DNA of 64,000 nucleotides. Source: Actinomycetes bacterium (lineage in GTDB: Bacteria > Actinomycetota > Acidimicrobiia > Acidimicrobiales > Bog-793). The translations under genes and the position numbers were made by a program. The stretch lies in contig JAJZZB010000005.1 in NCBI GenBank assembly GCA_021797795.1, positions 4,514 to 68,513 of the forward strand, written 5' to 3'. The notes beneath the pieces were generated by a model. It did not search any database. It was not told where the DNA came from and saw only the letters and a list, made by a program, of their open reading frames with translations. This document shows, piece by piece, positions 17,993-26,571 of the stretch. The stretch's first letter is position 1, and every line of letters begins with the position of its first letter.

Positions 17993-19518
17993 CGCTCGTG
18001 CGCCATGTGATCGGCGGCGAGGAGGTCGATTCCCTCGGCGGCGGCCGCTTCGAGTCGGTCAACCCCTGGACCCGGCAGCCGTGGGCCGAGGTGGCCCTCG
18101 GCGAGCAGAAGGACGCCGAGCGGGCGGTGGAGGCGGCGCGGCGGGCCTTCGACGAGGGGCCATGGCCCCGCATGGGCAACGCCGAGCGGCGCGCCGTCCT
18201 GCACCGCTTGGCCGACCTCATCGTGGAGCACGCCGCTGAGCTCGCGCTCGCCGACACGAGCGACATGGGCAAGCCGATCAGCGACATGCTCGAGCGAGAC
18301 GTCCCCCGGGCAGCCCACAACTTCGGGTTCTTCGCCGACCACGCTGCCCTCTCGACCGGCGAGATCTTCCCCATGGACTCCGGCCATCACGCCTACGAGC
18401 AGTTCGACCCCGCCGGAGTCGTGGTCGCCATCTCACCGTGGAACTTCCCACTGATGCTCGAGAGCTGGAAGGTGGCTCCGGCGCTCGCCTGGGGCAACAC
18501 CGTCGTGCTGAAGCCGGCGGAGGAGTCGCCCGCCTCGGCCTCCCTGCTCGCCCGCCTCGGCCTCGAGGCCGGCCTCCCGCCCGGCGTGCTGAACGTCCTT
18601 CACGGCTTCGGTCCGAACGGAGCCGGCGAGGCCCTCACGACTCACCCGCAGGTGGACCGCGTGACCTTCACCGGAGAGTCGGCGACCGGTCGGGCCGTGG
18701 CTGCTGCCGCCGCCTCGCACCTCGCGCCGGTCAGCCTCGAGCTCGGCGGCAAGGGGGCGAGCATCGTCTTCGCCGACGCCGACCTCGATCATGCCGTCTC
18801 CTGGTCCGTAAGGGCGGCCTTCTCCAACGCCGGTCAGGTCTGTCTCGCAGGCAGTCGCCTCTTTGTCGAGGCCTCGGTGCGCGACGAATTCGTCGAACGG
18901 CTGGTCGCCGCCGCGGAGGCGCTCGTCCTCGGCGATCCGGGCGACCCCGGGACCAGCGTCGGTCCGCTCTCGTCCCAGCAGCAGCACGCCAAGGTCGTCG
19001 CGTATCTCGACGAGGTACCCCTCACCGGGGGCAAGGTGCTCACCGGGGGCAGGAGGGACGGTTGGTTTGTGGCCCCGACGGTCGTCACCGGCCTTGCTCC
19101 CGACGCCAGGGCCTGCCGGGAGGAGATCTTCGGCCCTATCGTCCCGGTCCTCTCCTTCGAGGACGAGGACGAAGCGGTACGACTGGCAAACGACTCGCCG
19201 TTCGGCTTAAATGCGATGTGCTTTACTACCAACCTAAGTAGGGGGCACAGAGTCGCACGACGGCTCCGTGCCGGCACGGTGTGGGTCAATTGCTTCTTCG
19301 TCCGGGATCTCCGTGCCCCCTTCGGCGGGGTCGGCGACTCGGGCGTGGGTCGGGAAGGAGGCAGATACAGCCGGGAGTTCTTCACCGAGCCGAAGGCGGT
19401 GGTCATGGAGATCGATCCGACGTCGTCCCGTCTCCCAGGGGGGGCACCGGCTCACGGGACGACGGGCCGCCGCACGGAGGAGAGGACAGCAGATTCTCAA
19501 CGAAGGGGAGTCAAATGA
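17989..19518 (+). CDS. NAD+-dependent aldehyde dehydrogenase, 2-hydroxymuconic-semialdehyde dehydrogenase-like
   Basis: ORF 17596..19518 trimmed to the GTG at 17989 (GTGA overlap). ALDH motifs: SPWNFPL, VVLKPAEESP, ELGGKGA, EEIFGP. About 30 extra C-terminal residues. Contains a rare-codon patch at 19207-19257. Confidence 0.75.
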   Translation: MTLVRHVIGGEEVDSLGGGRFESVNPWTRQPWAEVALGEQKDAERAVEAARRAFDEGPWPRMGNAERRAVLHRLADLIVEHAAELALADTSDMGKPISDMLERDVPRAAHNFGFFADHAALSTGEIFPMDSGHHAYEQFDPAGVVVAISPWNFPLMLESWKVAPALAWGNTVVLKPAEESPASASLLARLGLEAGLPPGVLNVLHGFGPNGAGEALTTHPQVDRVTFTGESATGRAVAAAAASHLAPVSLELGGKGASIVFADADLDHAVSWSVRAAFSNAGQVCLAGSRLFVEASVRDEFVERLVAAAEALVLGDPGDPGTSVGPLSSQQQHAKVVAYLDEVPLTGGKVLTGGRRDGWFVAPTVVTGLAPDARACREEIFGPIVPVLSFEDEDEAVRLANDSPFGLNAMCFTTNLSRGHRVARRLRAGTVWVNCFFVRDLRAPFGGVGDSGVGREGGRYSREFFTEPKAVVMEIDPTSSRLPGGAPAHGTTGRRTEERTADSQRRGVK

Positions 19519-20816
19519 GAGCGAAGAGATCAGCCGCGGTGGGCCTCGCGCTCGCCGCAGGAATCGGGCTGGCTGCCTGCGGCACGTCGAACGTCAGCAG
19601 CACCGGAACAGGCAGTAGCTCGGCCAAGGGGCCCATCGTCGAAGGTGCCGTCATTGCCTACACCGGCACCAACGCCTTCGAAGGCGGCGTCACCGACTCC
19701 GGGGTCTACCCGGCGATGTACGAGATCAACAAGGCGGGTGGCATCCTCGGTCACCAGCTCAACATCGAGACGGTGGACACCCGGGGCGACCCGGCGGACG
19801 CCCTGCCGGCTGCGCAGAAGCTGCTCGCCACGACGAGCAACCTCGTCGGGATCACCGGAGCCGGCACCACGTCGGGGCCGACGCTCATCCCGCTGTTCAA
19901 CTCGAACAAGATGGTCGTGATGAGCTCGGCCGGCGAGGCGAGGTACGACCGCAGCGCCTACCAGTACTTCTGGCGGCTCGTCCCGCCGGACCCGGCGAAC
20001 GGCGAGGCGATGGCCCTGTGGGCGCAGAAGCACGGCTTCACCCGGATCGCGGCGGTGTTCGGCACCGACAGCGGCTCCCAGGGTGACCTGCCCGGCGTTC
20101 TCCAGGGAATCTCCAAGATCCACGCCAAGCTCGTGGCCAACGTGTCGCTCACCCCTGACCAGCCGTCCTACCGGCCAGAGGTCGAGCAGGTGCTCGCCGC
20201 CCACCCACAGGTCATCATGACCGAGTCGGACGGAGCCACAGCTGCCACGTTCTTCGGTGAGATGAAGCAGCTCGGTCAGCTCGTGCCGATCTACGGGACG
20301 CAGGGGACCGTGACCAATAGCTGGCTGAACCCGGTGCGGGGCGCCATCGGCGCGAGCAACTTCCAGAAGTACTACACCGCCATCGTCGGTGGCACGCCGA
20401 AGCCGAGTCCGGCTCTCCAGGCCTTCGTCCAGGGTGTGAAGGCCGAGTCCTCCAAGGTTCCGTCCCCTGCCTCGCAGTGGTTCGGCAACCCCTACGCCCA
20501 GGCCTTCTACGACGGCGTCATCGTGCAGGCGCTTGCCATGCAGGCGGCGAAGAGCACGAGCCCATCCGTCTACAACAACTACATCATGAAGGTCACGGCG
20601 CCGGGTCCCGGCAAGGAGAAGGTCTACACCTTCGCCCAGGGCAAGGCCGCACTGGCTGCGGGCAAGCAGATCCAGTACATGGGTGCTTCGGGGCCGGTGC
20701 TGTTCGACAAGTACCACAACTCCTTCGGGAACGAGGCGGCTGAGAGTCTTTCGGCCAACGGGACCCCGACGGTGCTCGGAATCATCACAGAGCGAGCGAT
20801 CGAGAAGCTCGGCTAG
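19515..20816 (+). CDS. ABC transporter substrate-binding lipoprotein, LivJ/type-1 PBP family
   Basis: ORF 19281..20816 trimmed to the ATG at 19515 (ATGA overlap). Signal peptide with lipobox GLAAC, followed by a Liv-type periplasmic binding fold. Confidence 0.75.
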   Translation: MRAKRSAAVGLALAAGIGLAACGTSNVSSTGTGSSSAKGPIVEGAVIAYTGTNAFEGGVTDSGVYPAMYEINKAGGILGHQLNIETVDTRGDPADALPAAQKLLATTSNLVGITGAGTTSGPTLIPLFNSNKMVVMSSAGEARYDRSAYQYFWRLVPPDPANGEAMALWAQKHGFTRIAAVFGTDSGSQGDLPGVLQGISKIHAKLVANVSLTPDQPSYRPEVEQVLAAHPQVIMTESDGATAATFFGEMKQLGQLVPIYGTQGTVTNSWLNPVRGAIGASNFQKYYTAIVGGTPKPSPALQAFVQGVKAESSKVPSPASQWFGNPYAQAFYDGVIVQALAMQAAKSTSPSVYNNYIMKVTAPGPGKEKVYTFAQGKAALAAGKQIQYMGASGPVLFDKYHNSFGNEAAESLSANGTPTVLGIITERAIEKLG

Positions 20817-20888
20817 GTGTCCGGCCGGGGAGGCTCAGCCTCCCCGGCCGACCGCCTCGTGCCGGCAGTCCGCAGACACAGGAGCGAC

Positions 20889-21776
20889 ATGCATCTTTTC
20901 GTCCAGTCACTCGGGTTCGGGGTTGTGACGGCGTCCATCATCGCCATCGGCGCCATGGGTTTCACCCTCCAGTTCGGCCTCACCAACGTGCTCAACCTGA
21001 GCTTCGGCAGCCTCATGACGGTCGGGGGGTTCGTCGCCTACCTGGCCGAGTCCGCCGGCATCAACGTCTGGATCGGCCTTGTGCTCGGAGGCCTCGCCGG
21101 GGCTGCCAGCACGCTGATCATCGGCAAGACGATCTTCAAGGTCTACGCGCGCCGGGGCACCCGCCTGTTCGAGATGGTGATGGTGACCCTCGCCCTCGCC
21201 CTCATCATCGAGTACGCCGTCGACGCCATCTCTCGCGATCAGATCTATCAGCTGACCTTCCCCCAGGGGACGACCTTCAACGTCGGTGCCATCAGCATCA
21301 CCGCCGCCCAGCTGGCCATCGTCATCATCGGCATCGGGATCTTCATCGCTCTCGAGGTGATGCTCAAGATGACGCGTCTCGGCAAGGCGCTCCGGGCGAT
21401 GGCGGTCGACCCGAGCCTCGCCCGCTCGTGCGGGATCCCGACCGACCGCATCATCAACACGACCTGGCTCGTGAGCGGGTTCCTCTGCGGCGTGGCCGGC
21501 GTCGTGTTCGTCATCAATGCCCTGAGCGTCGACTCCTACACGGGAACCCTCTTCCTGCCGTCGGTCCTGGCGGCCGCCATCCTCGGAGGGGTGGGCTCGC
21601 CGGGGGGTGCGCTCGTGGCGTCCCTCGTGCTCGGTGTCGTCACCGAGCTCGTGGCGGCGGCGGGAGGGTCGGCCTACTCGACGGTGGCGGCCTTCGGTGT
21701 CCTCGTCGTGGTCCTGTTGAGTCGGCCGTCGGGAGTGCTCACGGCGGCTTCGCGGAAGGTCGAGCTGACCGTCTGA
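20889..21776 (+). CDS. branched-chain-amino-acid-type ABC permease (LivH-like)
   Basis: ORF 20817..21776 trimmed to the ATG at 20889 (MHLFVQSLGFGVV...). Multi-pass hydrophobic protein with a LivH-like N-terminus. Confidence 0.8.
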   Translation: MHLFVQSLGFGVVTASIIAIGAMGFTLQFGLTNVLNLSFGSLMTVGGFVAYLAESAGINVWIGLVLGGLAGAASTLIIGKTIFKVYARRGTRLFEMVMVTLALALIIEYAVDAISRDQIYQLTFPQGTTFNVGAISITAAQLAIVIIGIGIFIALEVMLKMTRLGKALRAMAVDPSLARSCGIPTDRIINTTWLVSGFLCGVAGVVFVINALSVDSYTGTLFLPSVLAAAILGGVGSPGGALVASLVLGVVTELVAAAGGSAYSTVAAFGVLVVVLLSRPSGVLTAASRKVELTV

Positions 21777-21810
21777 CGGCGCGGCCGTCGGCGGACCGGA
21801 AGGGACAACC

Positions 21811-22941
21811 TTGGGAGCTTTCACCTATTACATCTCGACGCTCGTCGTCTACTTCGGGATCGACCTGCTGTCGGCGTGGTCGCTCAACCTGCAGTACGGC
21901 TATGCGGGCGTCATCAACTTCTCGTTCATCATCTTCCAGGCGATCGGGGCATACATCGCCTCCACGGTGGTGCTGGGGCCGGACACCGGGATCAACGCCT
22001 ACCAGACCTACCTGTTCGGCGCGAACCTTCCCTGGCCGGTGCCGCTCATACTGGCCGCACTCGCCGGGGCGGCGCTCTCGGCGGTGATCGGCGTCTTCGC
22101 GCTGCGGCGCATCCGCAGGGACTACCAGGCGGCCGTCATGCTGATCGTCTCCCTGATCGCCCTCCAGGTGGTCTCGGCGGACGTCCACCTCTTCAACGGC
22201 TCGAACGGGCTTACCGGGATCCCGAAGCCGCTCGAGGGCGCGCTCAACGTGTCGCTCGCCAGCTACCAGTGGATCTACGCCGCCTTCGTTCTCGCGATCT
22301 GTGCCGTCGTCTACGTCATCGTCCAGAAGCTCTGCCGGTCCTCCTGGGGGCGCTCTCTGAGGGCGATTCGCGACCAGGAGGACGCGGCCATCTCCATCGG
22401 CCTCAACCCGACGCTGCTGCGCCTCGAGGTCTTCATCCTCGGCGGCGCCATCGCCGGCCTGAGCGGAGGACTCCTCGTCGAGTTCATCGGGGCATGGTCG
22501 CCCGGGGCATGGGGGTACGCGGAGACCTTCGTCATCTTCACCGCTGTCCTGGTGGGCGGTGTCGGCAACAACCGGGGCGTCATCCTCGGCATCTTCCTCG
22601 TGCCGATCCTCTTCCTCGAGCTGCCCCGCTTCCTGCCCGCCTTCGGGTACCCGGGGCTCATCGACGCCATCGAGTGGATGGTGATCGGTGCCCTCTGGAT
22701 GCTCGGGCTGCTCGTGCGCCCGCGCGGCCTCATCCCCGAGCGGCGGTTCGTCGCCGTCCGGGGCGGGTCGGGTGCGATCGCCTTCGACGGCGCCGCCCCG
22801 GGGTTCTTCGGACGGCTGCTCATGGTGGGCCGGGGAGACGGCGTGCCGATGCGCCGGCGTGCGGCGACCGTCGCGCAGCCGGCCCCTCCAGCCGACAAGG
22901 CGACGGCGGGCAGTGCCAGCGAGAGGACGGAGCTGTCATGA
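21811..22941 (+). CDS. branched-chain-amino-acid-type ABC permease (LivM-like)
   Basis: 376-aa ORF with a TTG start. Hydrophobic, LivM-like, with a C-terminal cytoplasmic extension. Confidence 0.75.
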   Translation: MGAFTYYISTLVVYFGIDLLSAWSLNLQYGYAGVINFSFIIFQAIGAYIASTVVLGPDTGINAYQTYLFGANLPWPVPLILAALAGAALSAVIGVFALRRIRRDYQAAVMLIVSLIALQVVSADVHLFNGSNGLTGIPKPLEGALNVSLASYQWIYAAFVLAICAVVYVIVQKLCRSSWGRSLRAIRDQEDAAISIGLNPTLLRLEVFILGGAIAGLSGGLLVEFIGAWSPGAWGYAETFVIFTAVLVGGVGNNRGVILGIFLVPILFLELPRFLPAFGYPGLIDAIEWMVIGALWMLGLLVRPRGLIPERRFVAVRGGSGAIAFDGAAPGFFGRLLMVGRGDGVPMRRRAATVAQPAPPADKATAGSASERTELS

Positions 22942-23747
22942 GCGTTCAGACCGAGGCCGGGCGGGGCGAGCTCGCAGCACGAGACAGCAACGGGGCGCCC
23001 GTCCTCGAGGCGGAGGACGTCTCGGTCCGCTACGGCGGGGTGATGGCCGTCACCCACGTGTCGCTGCAGGCCTACCGGGCGGAGACGCTCGGGCTCATCG
23101 GACCGAACGGAGCGGGCAAATCTTCACTCCTCGGTGCGCTCGGCGGCCAGCTCAAGGTGTCCGGGGGCTCCATCCGCCTGCACGGGCGCGACGTCACCCG
23201 TTCCCCTTCCTACGCCAGGGCACGGGGAGGCATCACCCGGACGTTCCAGACGACGAGCGAGTTTGAGGCCATGACCGTCTTCGAGAACCTCATGGTCTCA
23301 GCGCGCGGGGCGAAAGGTGCTTCCCTCGGCCACACCGTGCTCGCCTGGCGCTCCAACAAGGCGGAGGAGGCGGCCGCCCGGGCGCACGCCTGGGAGATCC
23401 TCGACCGCTTCGAGATGGCGGACACGGCCAGCGCGTACGGGCGCGAGCTGTCGGGTGGCCAGCGGCGCCTGGTGGAGATCATGAGGTGTCTCATGCGGCG
23501 CCCGGACGTCCTGCTGCTCGACGAACCCATGGTGGGCGTCGCACCGCATCTCGTGGCGCGCCTCGTCGCCGATCTCCGCCGGATCGCCGACGACGGCATC
23601 GCCCTCGTCATCGTGGAGCACGCGCTGGAGGTGGTGCGCGAGCTCTGCGACCGTGTCGTGGTCATGGCACAGGGGCGGGTGATCGCCGGGGGCACCTACG
23701 ACGAGGTCGTGCGAGACGAGGAGGTGCGACGTGCCTACATCGGCTGA
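22938..23747 (+). CDS. ABC transporter ATP-binding protein (LivG-like)
   Basis: ORF 21876..23747 trimmed to the ATG at 22938 (ATGA overlap). Walker A GPNGAGKSS, signature LSGGQRR, Walker B LLLDEP. Confidence 0.85.
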   Translation: MSVQTEAGRGELAARDSNGAPVLEAEDVSVRYGGVMAVTHVSLQAYRAETLGLIGPNGAGKSSLLGALGGQLKVSGGSIRLHGRDVTRSPSYARARGGITRTFQTTSEFEAMTVFENLMVSARGAKGASLGHTVLAWRSNKAEEAAARAHAWEILDRFEMADTASAYGRELSGGQRRLVEIMRCLMRRPDVLLLDEPMVGVAPHLVARLVADLRRIADDGIALVIVEHALEVVRELCDRVVVMAQGRVIAGGTYDEVVRDEEVRRAYIG

Positions 23748-24504
23748 GACCGCGGACGGGACGGCATCGCAGCGCTGCGAGCCCTACCTCCGCGGCGATC
23801 ACATGACGAGCGGATACAACAAGGTGCCCGTCGTGCGGGACGTCTCGGTCCAGGTCGGTATCGGCGAGATCGTGCTGGTCATGGGCCCGAACGGCGCCGG
23901 CAAGAGCACCCTTGTGAAGACGGTGACCGGCAAGCTTCCGCTCATGTCCGGCCGCATCATCTTCGCCGGTGAGGACATATCGAGCATGCGCGAGGAGACC
24001 CGCGCTGCACGCGGCGTCGGCTACGTGCCCCAGAGCGGCGACGTCTTCCCGACTCTCACGGTGACCGAGAACCTCGAGATGGGCGGGTACCGGATGAAGC
24101 CGAAGGAGGTCCGCGACCGGATCGAGGAGATCTTCGCGCTCTTCCCGACGCTGCGGGAGCTGAGGCGACGCCACGCCCGGACGCTGTCGGGAGGTGAGCG
24201 CAAGACGCTCGGGATCTGCAGGGCGCTCGTCTCCACGCCGACGCTGCTCATCCTCGACGAGCCGACGGCGAATCTCGCGCCGCTCATCGCCTCGAGCGTC
24301 CTGCACCAGGTCGTGGAGTCGCTCGCCGGAGCGGGGACGGCGCTGCTCTTGATCGAGCAGCGGGTGAGCCTCGGCCTCGAGGTGGCCACGTGGGGATACG
24401 TGCTCACCGACGGGAAGCTCCGGCTCAGCTCGAGCGCCGACGAGCTGAGGGCGATGGGAGACCTGAGCAGCCTCTTCCTCAACGCGCCGTTGGAGGTGGC
24501 CTGA
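23731..24504 (+). CDS. ABC transporter ATP-binding protein (LivF-like)
   Basis: GTG at 23731 is 7 nt after GAGGAGG, a 17-nt overlap with the LivG-like gene. Walker A GPNGAGKST, signature LSGGERK, Walker B LILDEP. Confidence 0.85.
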   Translation: MPTSAETADGTASQRCEPYLRGDHMTSGYNKVPVVRDVSVQVGIGEIVLVMGPNGAGKSTLVKTVTGKLPLMSGRIIFAGEDISSMREETRAARGVGYVPQSGDVFPTLTVTENLEMGGYRMKPKEVRDRIEEIFALFPTLRELRRRHARTLSGGERKTLGICRALVSTPTLLILDEPTANLAPLIASSVLHQVVESLAGAGTALLLIEQRVSLGLEVATWGYVLTDGKLRLSSSADELRAMGDLSSLFLNAPLEVA

Positions 24505-25811
24505 TGACCGCCGGCAGGTTCGAGGTCGAGCGCTACGTCAGCCCGACCGGCATCCACTCCGACACCTACACCGACCCGGAGGTGTTCCGGCTCGAGATGG
24601 AGCGGGTCTTCGAGTCCGGGTGGGTCTACGTCGGCCACGAGAGCGAGGTGCCCGAGAAGGGCGATTACCGCACGACCTTCATGGGACGCCAGCCCGTCAT
24701 CTTCGCGAGGGGCGACGACGGCGAGGTGCGCCTCCTGCTCAACCGGTGCCGCCACCGCGGCGCCACGGTCTGCCAGGACCAGGCCGGGAATTCCACCTTC
24801 TTCCGCTGCCACTACCACGGCTGGACCTACAAGAACACGGGCGAGCTCGCCGGGGTCACCCTCCCGGACGGCTACGCCGCCTGCGGGTTCGACGTGAAGA
24901 CGCTCGCCCTCGTGGCTGCACCGAGATGCGACAGATACCGCGGCTTCGTCTTCGGCTCGCTGTCTCCCGCCGTCGAGCCCCTCGAGGAGTACCTCGGGCC
25001 AGCCGCCACCTACATCGACCGGTTCGTCGACTCGGGGTCCGGGCTCGGGGTGAGGGTGCGGCGAGGGGTCCCGCACCGCTACCGCTTCCGGGCGAACTGG
25101 AAGCTCCAGATGGAGAACACGGTCGACGGCTACCACCCGGGCTTCACCCACCGGTCCTTCTTCGACATGATGGCGGACCAGACGGGGAAGAAGGCCAACC
25201 CCTACTTCAAGCGGGGGGAGTCCCCGATCCGCTCCAAGGCGCTGCGCAACGGGCACGCCGCCCTCGACTTCGGAGCCGGTCGCTCGGCCGAGGAGTTCGG
25301 CGACACCTTCTACGAGCGGGTGCGGAACGCCCCGGGGGCGGCCGCGATCCTGGAGGAGTTCGAGTCCGAGCTCGGCGCCGAGGTCGCCCGCAAGGAGCTC
25401 AACCGGGTGATCGCGACCGGCCTCAACGTCGCCATCTTCCCGAACCTCGGCCTCATCCAGTCACAGATCCGCGTCACCCGCCCGGTTTCGGTCGACGAGA
25501 CGGAGGTGACGCTCTACCCCACCGAGCTCATCGGTGCCGACCCCCGCGTCAACTACCTCCGTCGTCGAGCCCAGGAGGTGTTCTTCGGCCCGGCCGGGAT
25601 GGGCGGCCCGGACGACGTCGAGATGTTCCGCCGCTGCCAGGTCGGACTGGCCGCCGGTGCCGTCGGCTGGACCGTGCTGGCCCGCGGCTACGACACCGCC
25701 ATCGAGGAGGGCGACGGCAGCGAGGGGGACTTCGCCGCCGAGAACGCCCAGCGTGCCCAGTACCGCCAGTGGAGGCGGCTCATGGACGCCGGCCCGGGAG
25801 ACGGGCGATGA
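24504..25811 (+). CDS. Rieske non-haem-iron ring-hydroxylating oxygenase, alpha subunit
   Basis: ORF 24390..25811 trimmed to the ATG at 24504 (1-nt TGATG overlap). Rieske CRH-x17-CHYH and mononuclear-iron YHPGFTH (H-x4-H). Confidence 0.85.
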   Translation: MTAGRFEVERYVSPTGIHSDTYTDPEVFRLEMERVFESGWVYVGHESEVPEKGDYRTTFMGRQPVIFARGDDGEVRLLLNRCRHRGATVCQDQAGNSTFFRCHYHGWTYKNTGELAGVTLPDGYAACGFDVKTLALVAAPRCDRYRGFVFGSLSPAVEPLEEYLGPAATYIDRFVDSGSGLGVRVRRGVPHRYRFRANWKLQMENTVDGYHPGFTHRSFFDMMADQTGKKANPYFKRGESPIRSKALRNGHAALDFGAGRSAEEFGDTFYERVRNAPGAAAILEEFESELGAEVARKELNRVIATGLNVAIFPNLGLIQSQIRVTRPVSVDETEVTLYPTELIGADPRVNYLRRRAQEVFFGPAGMGGPDDVEMFRRCQVGLAAGAVGWTVLARGYDTAIEEGDGSEGDFAAENAQRAQYRQWRRLMDAGPGDGR

Positions 25812-26317
25812 CCGCTGTCCTCACCGCACCTGACGCCGAGCTCCTCGCCGCTTGGACCGAGCGTGCGAGCCGTCTGCTCGCCACGGAGTCCCTCCTCCTC
25901 GACTCCCGCCGCTACGAGGAGTGGATCGAGCTGTTCGAGGAGGATGCCCTCTACTGGATCCCGCTCGACGGCTCGAGCACCGAGGGCGGCGAGTCGCTCA
26001 ACATCGCGTTCGAGGGCCCCGCCCGCCTCCGCCAGCGGGTCGCCAGGCTGCGCAGCGGCATCGCGCATGCCCAGGAGCCGCCCTCGTCGACAGTCCACTG
26101 CTACAGCTCTGTTCTCGTAGAGGACCTCTCACAAGAGACTGCGACCGTGCGCTCCGCGCTACTCGTCGTCCACTGCCGCTTCGGCGAGCAGCTCCTCGTG
26201 GCCGCACGCTGCGAGCACCGGCTCGTCGCTCGGGACGGCCGCGTCCGCATCGGGCGCAAGCGGGTCGACCTCGCCGACGTCGACCAGGCGCAGAACGACC
26301 TGAGCTTCGTCCTGTGA
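25808..26317 (+). CDS. ring-hydroxylating oxygenase beta subunit (NTF2/SnoaL fold)
   Basis: ORF 24620..26317 trimmed to the ATG at 25808 (ATGA overlap). 169 aa; contains YEEWIELFEEDALYWIP, typical of beta subunits. Confidence 0.8.
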   Translation: MTAVLTAPDAELLAAWTERASRLLATESLLLDSRRYEEWIELFEEDALYWIPLDGSSTEGGESLNIAFEGPARLRQRVARLRSGIAHAQEPPSSTVHCYSSVLVEDLSQETATVRSALLVVHCRFGEQLLVAARCEHRLVARDGRVRIGRKRVDLADVDQAQNDLSFVL

Positions 26318-26571
26318 GCGAGCCGGGAGAGAAGGCGGGCGACTCGATCCTGCTCGAGAACGAGTTCGCCCGCGTTCTGGTCCGGGTCGACCGGGAGGGG
26401 AACTCACCTCGCCTGCGTATCGAGGTCCCCGAGACCGGGGAGGTCGGCTACCTGGACGCGCTCAGCCTCGAGCGGCTGGCCGGGCTGAGCCAGGACGAGC
26501 TCGCAGGGCTCTTCGCGGTCGGTCAGTACCGGTCCATGAGAGCCGCCAGAGAGGAGAGGAGCGATGGCTGA
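26314..26571 (+). CDS. small conserved hypothetical protein (85 aa)
   Basis: GTG at 26314 overlaps the beta-subunit stop (GTGA), and its 3' end overlaps the next gene by 8 nt. ENEFARVLVRVDREGNSPRLRIEVPETGEVGYLDALSLERL resembles small ORFs I recall beside actinobacterial ring-oxygenase genes, sometimes mislabelled dihydrodiol dehydrogenase. Confidence 0.5.
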   Translation: MSEPGEKAGDSILLENEFARVLVRVDREGNSPRLRIEVPETGEVGYLDALSLERLAGLSQDELAGLFAVGQYRSMRAAREERSDG

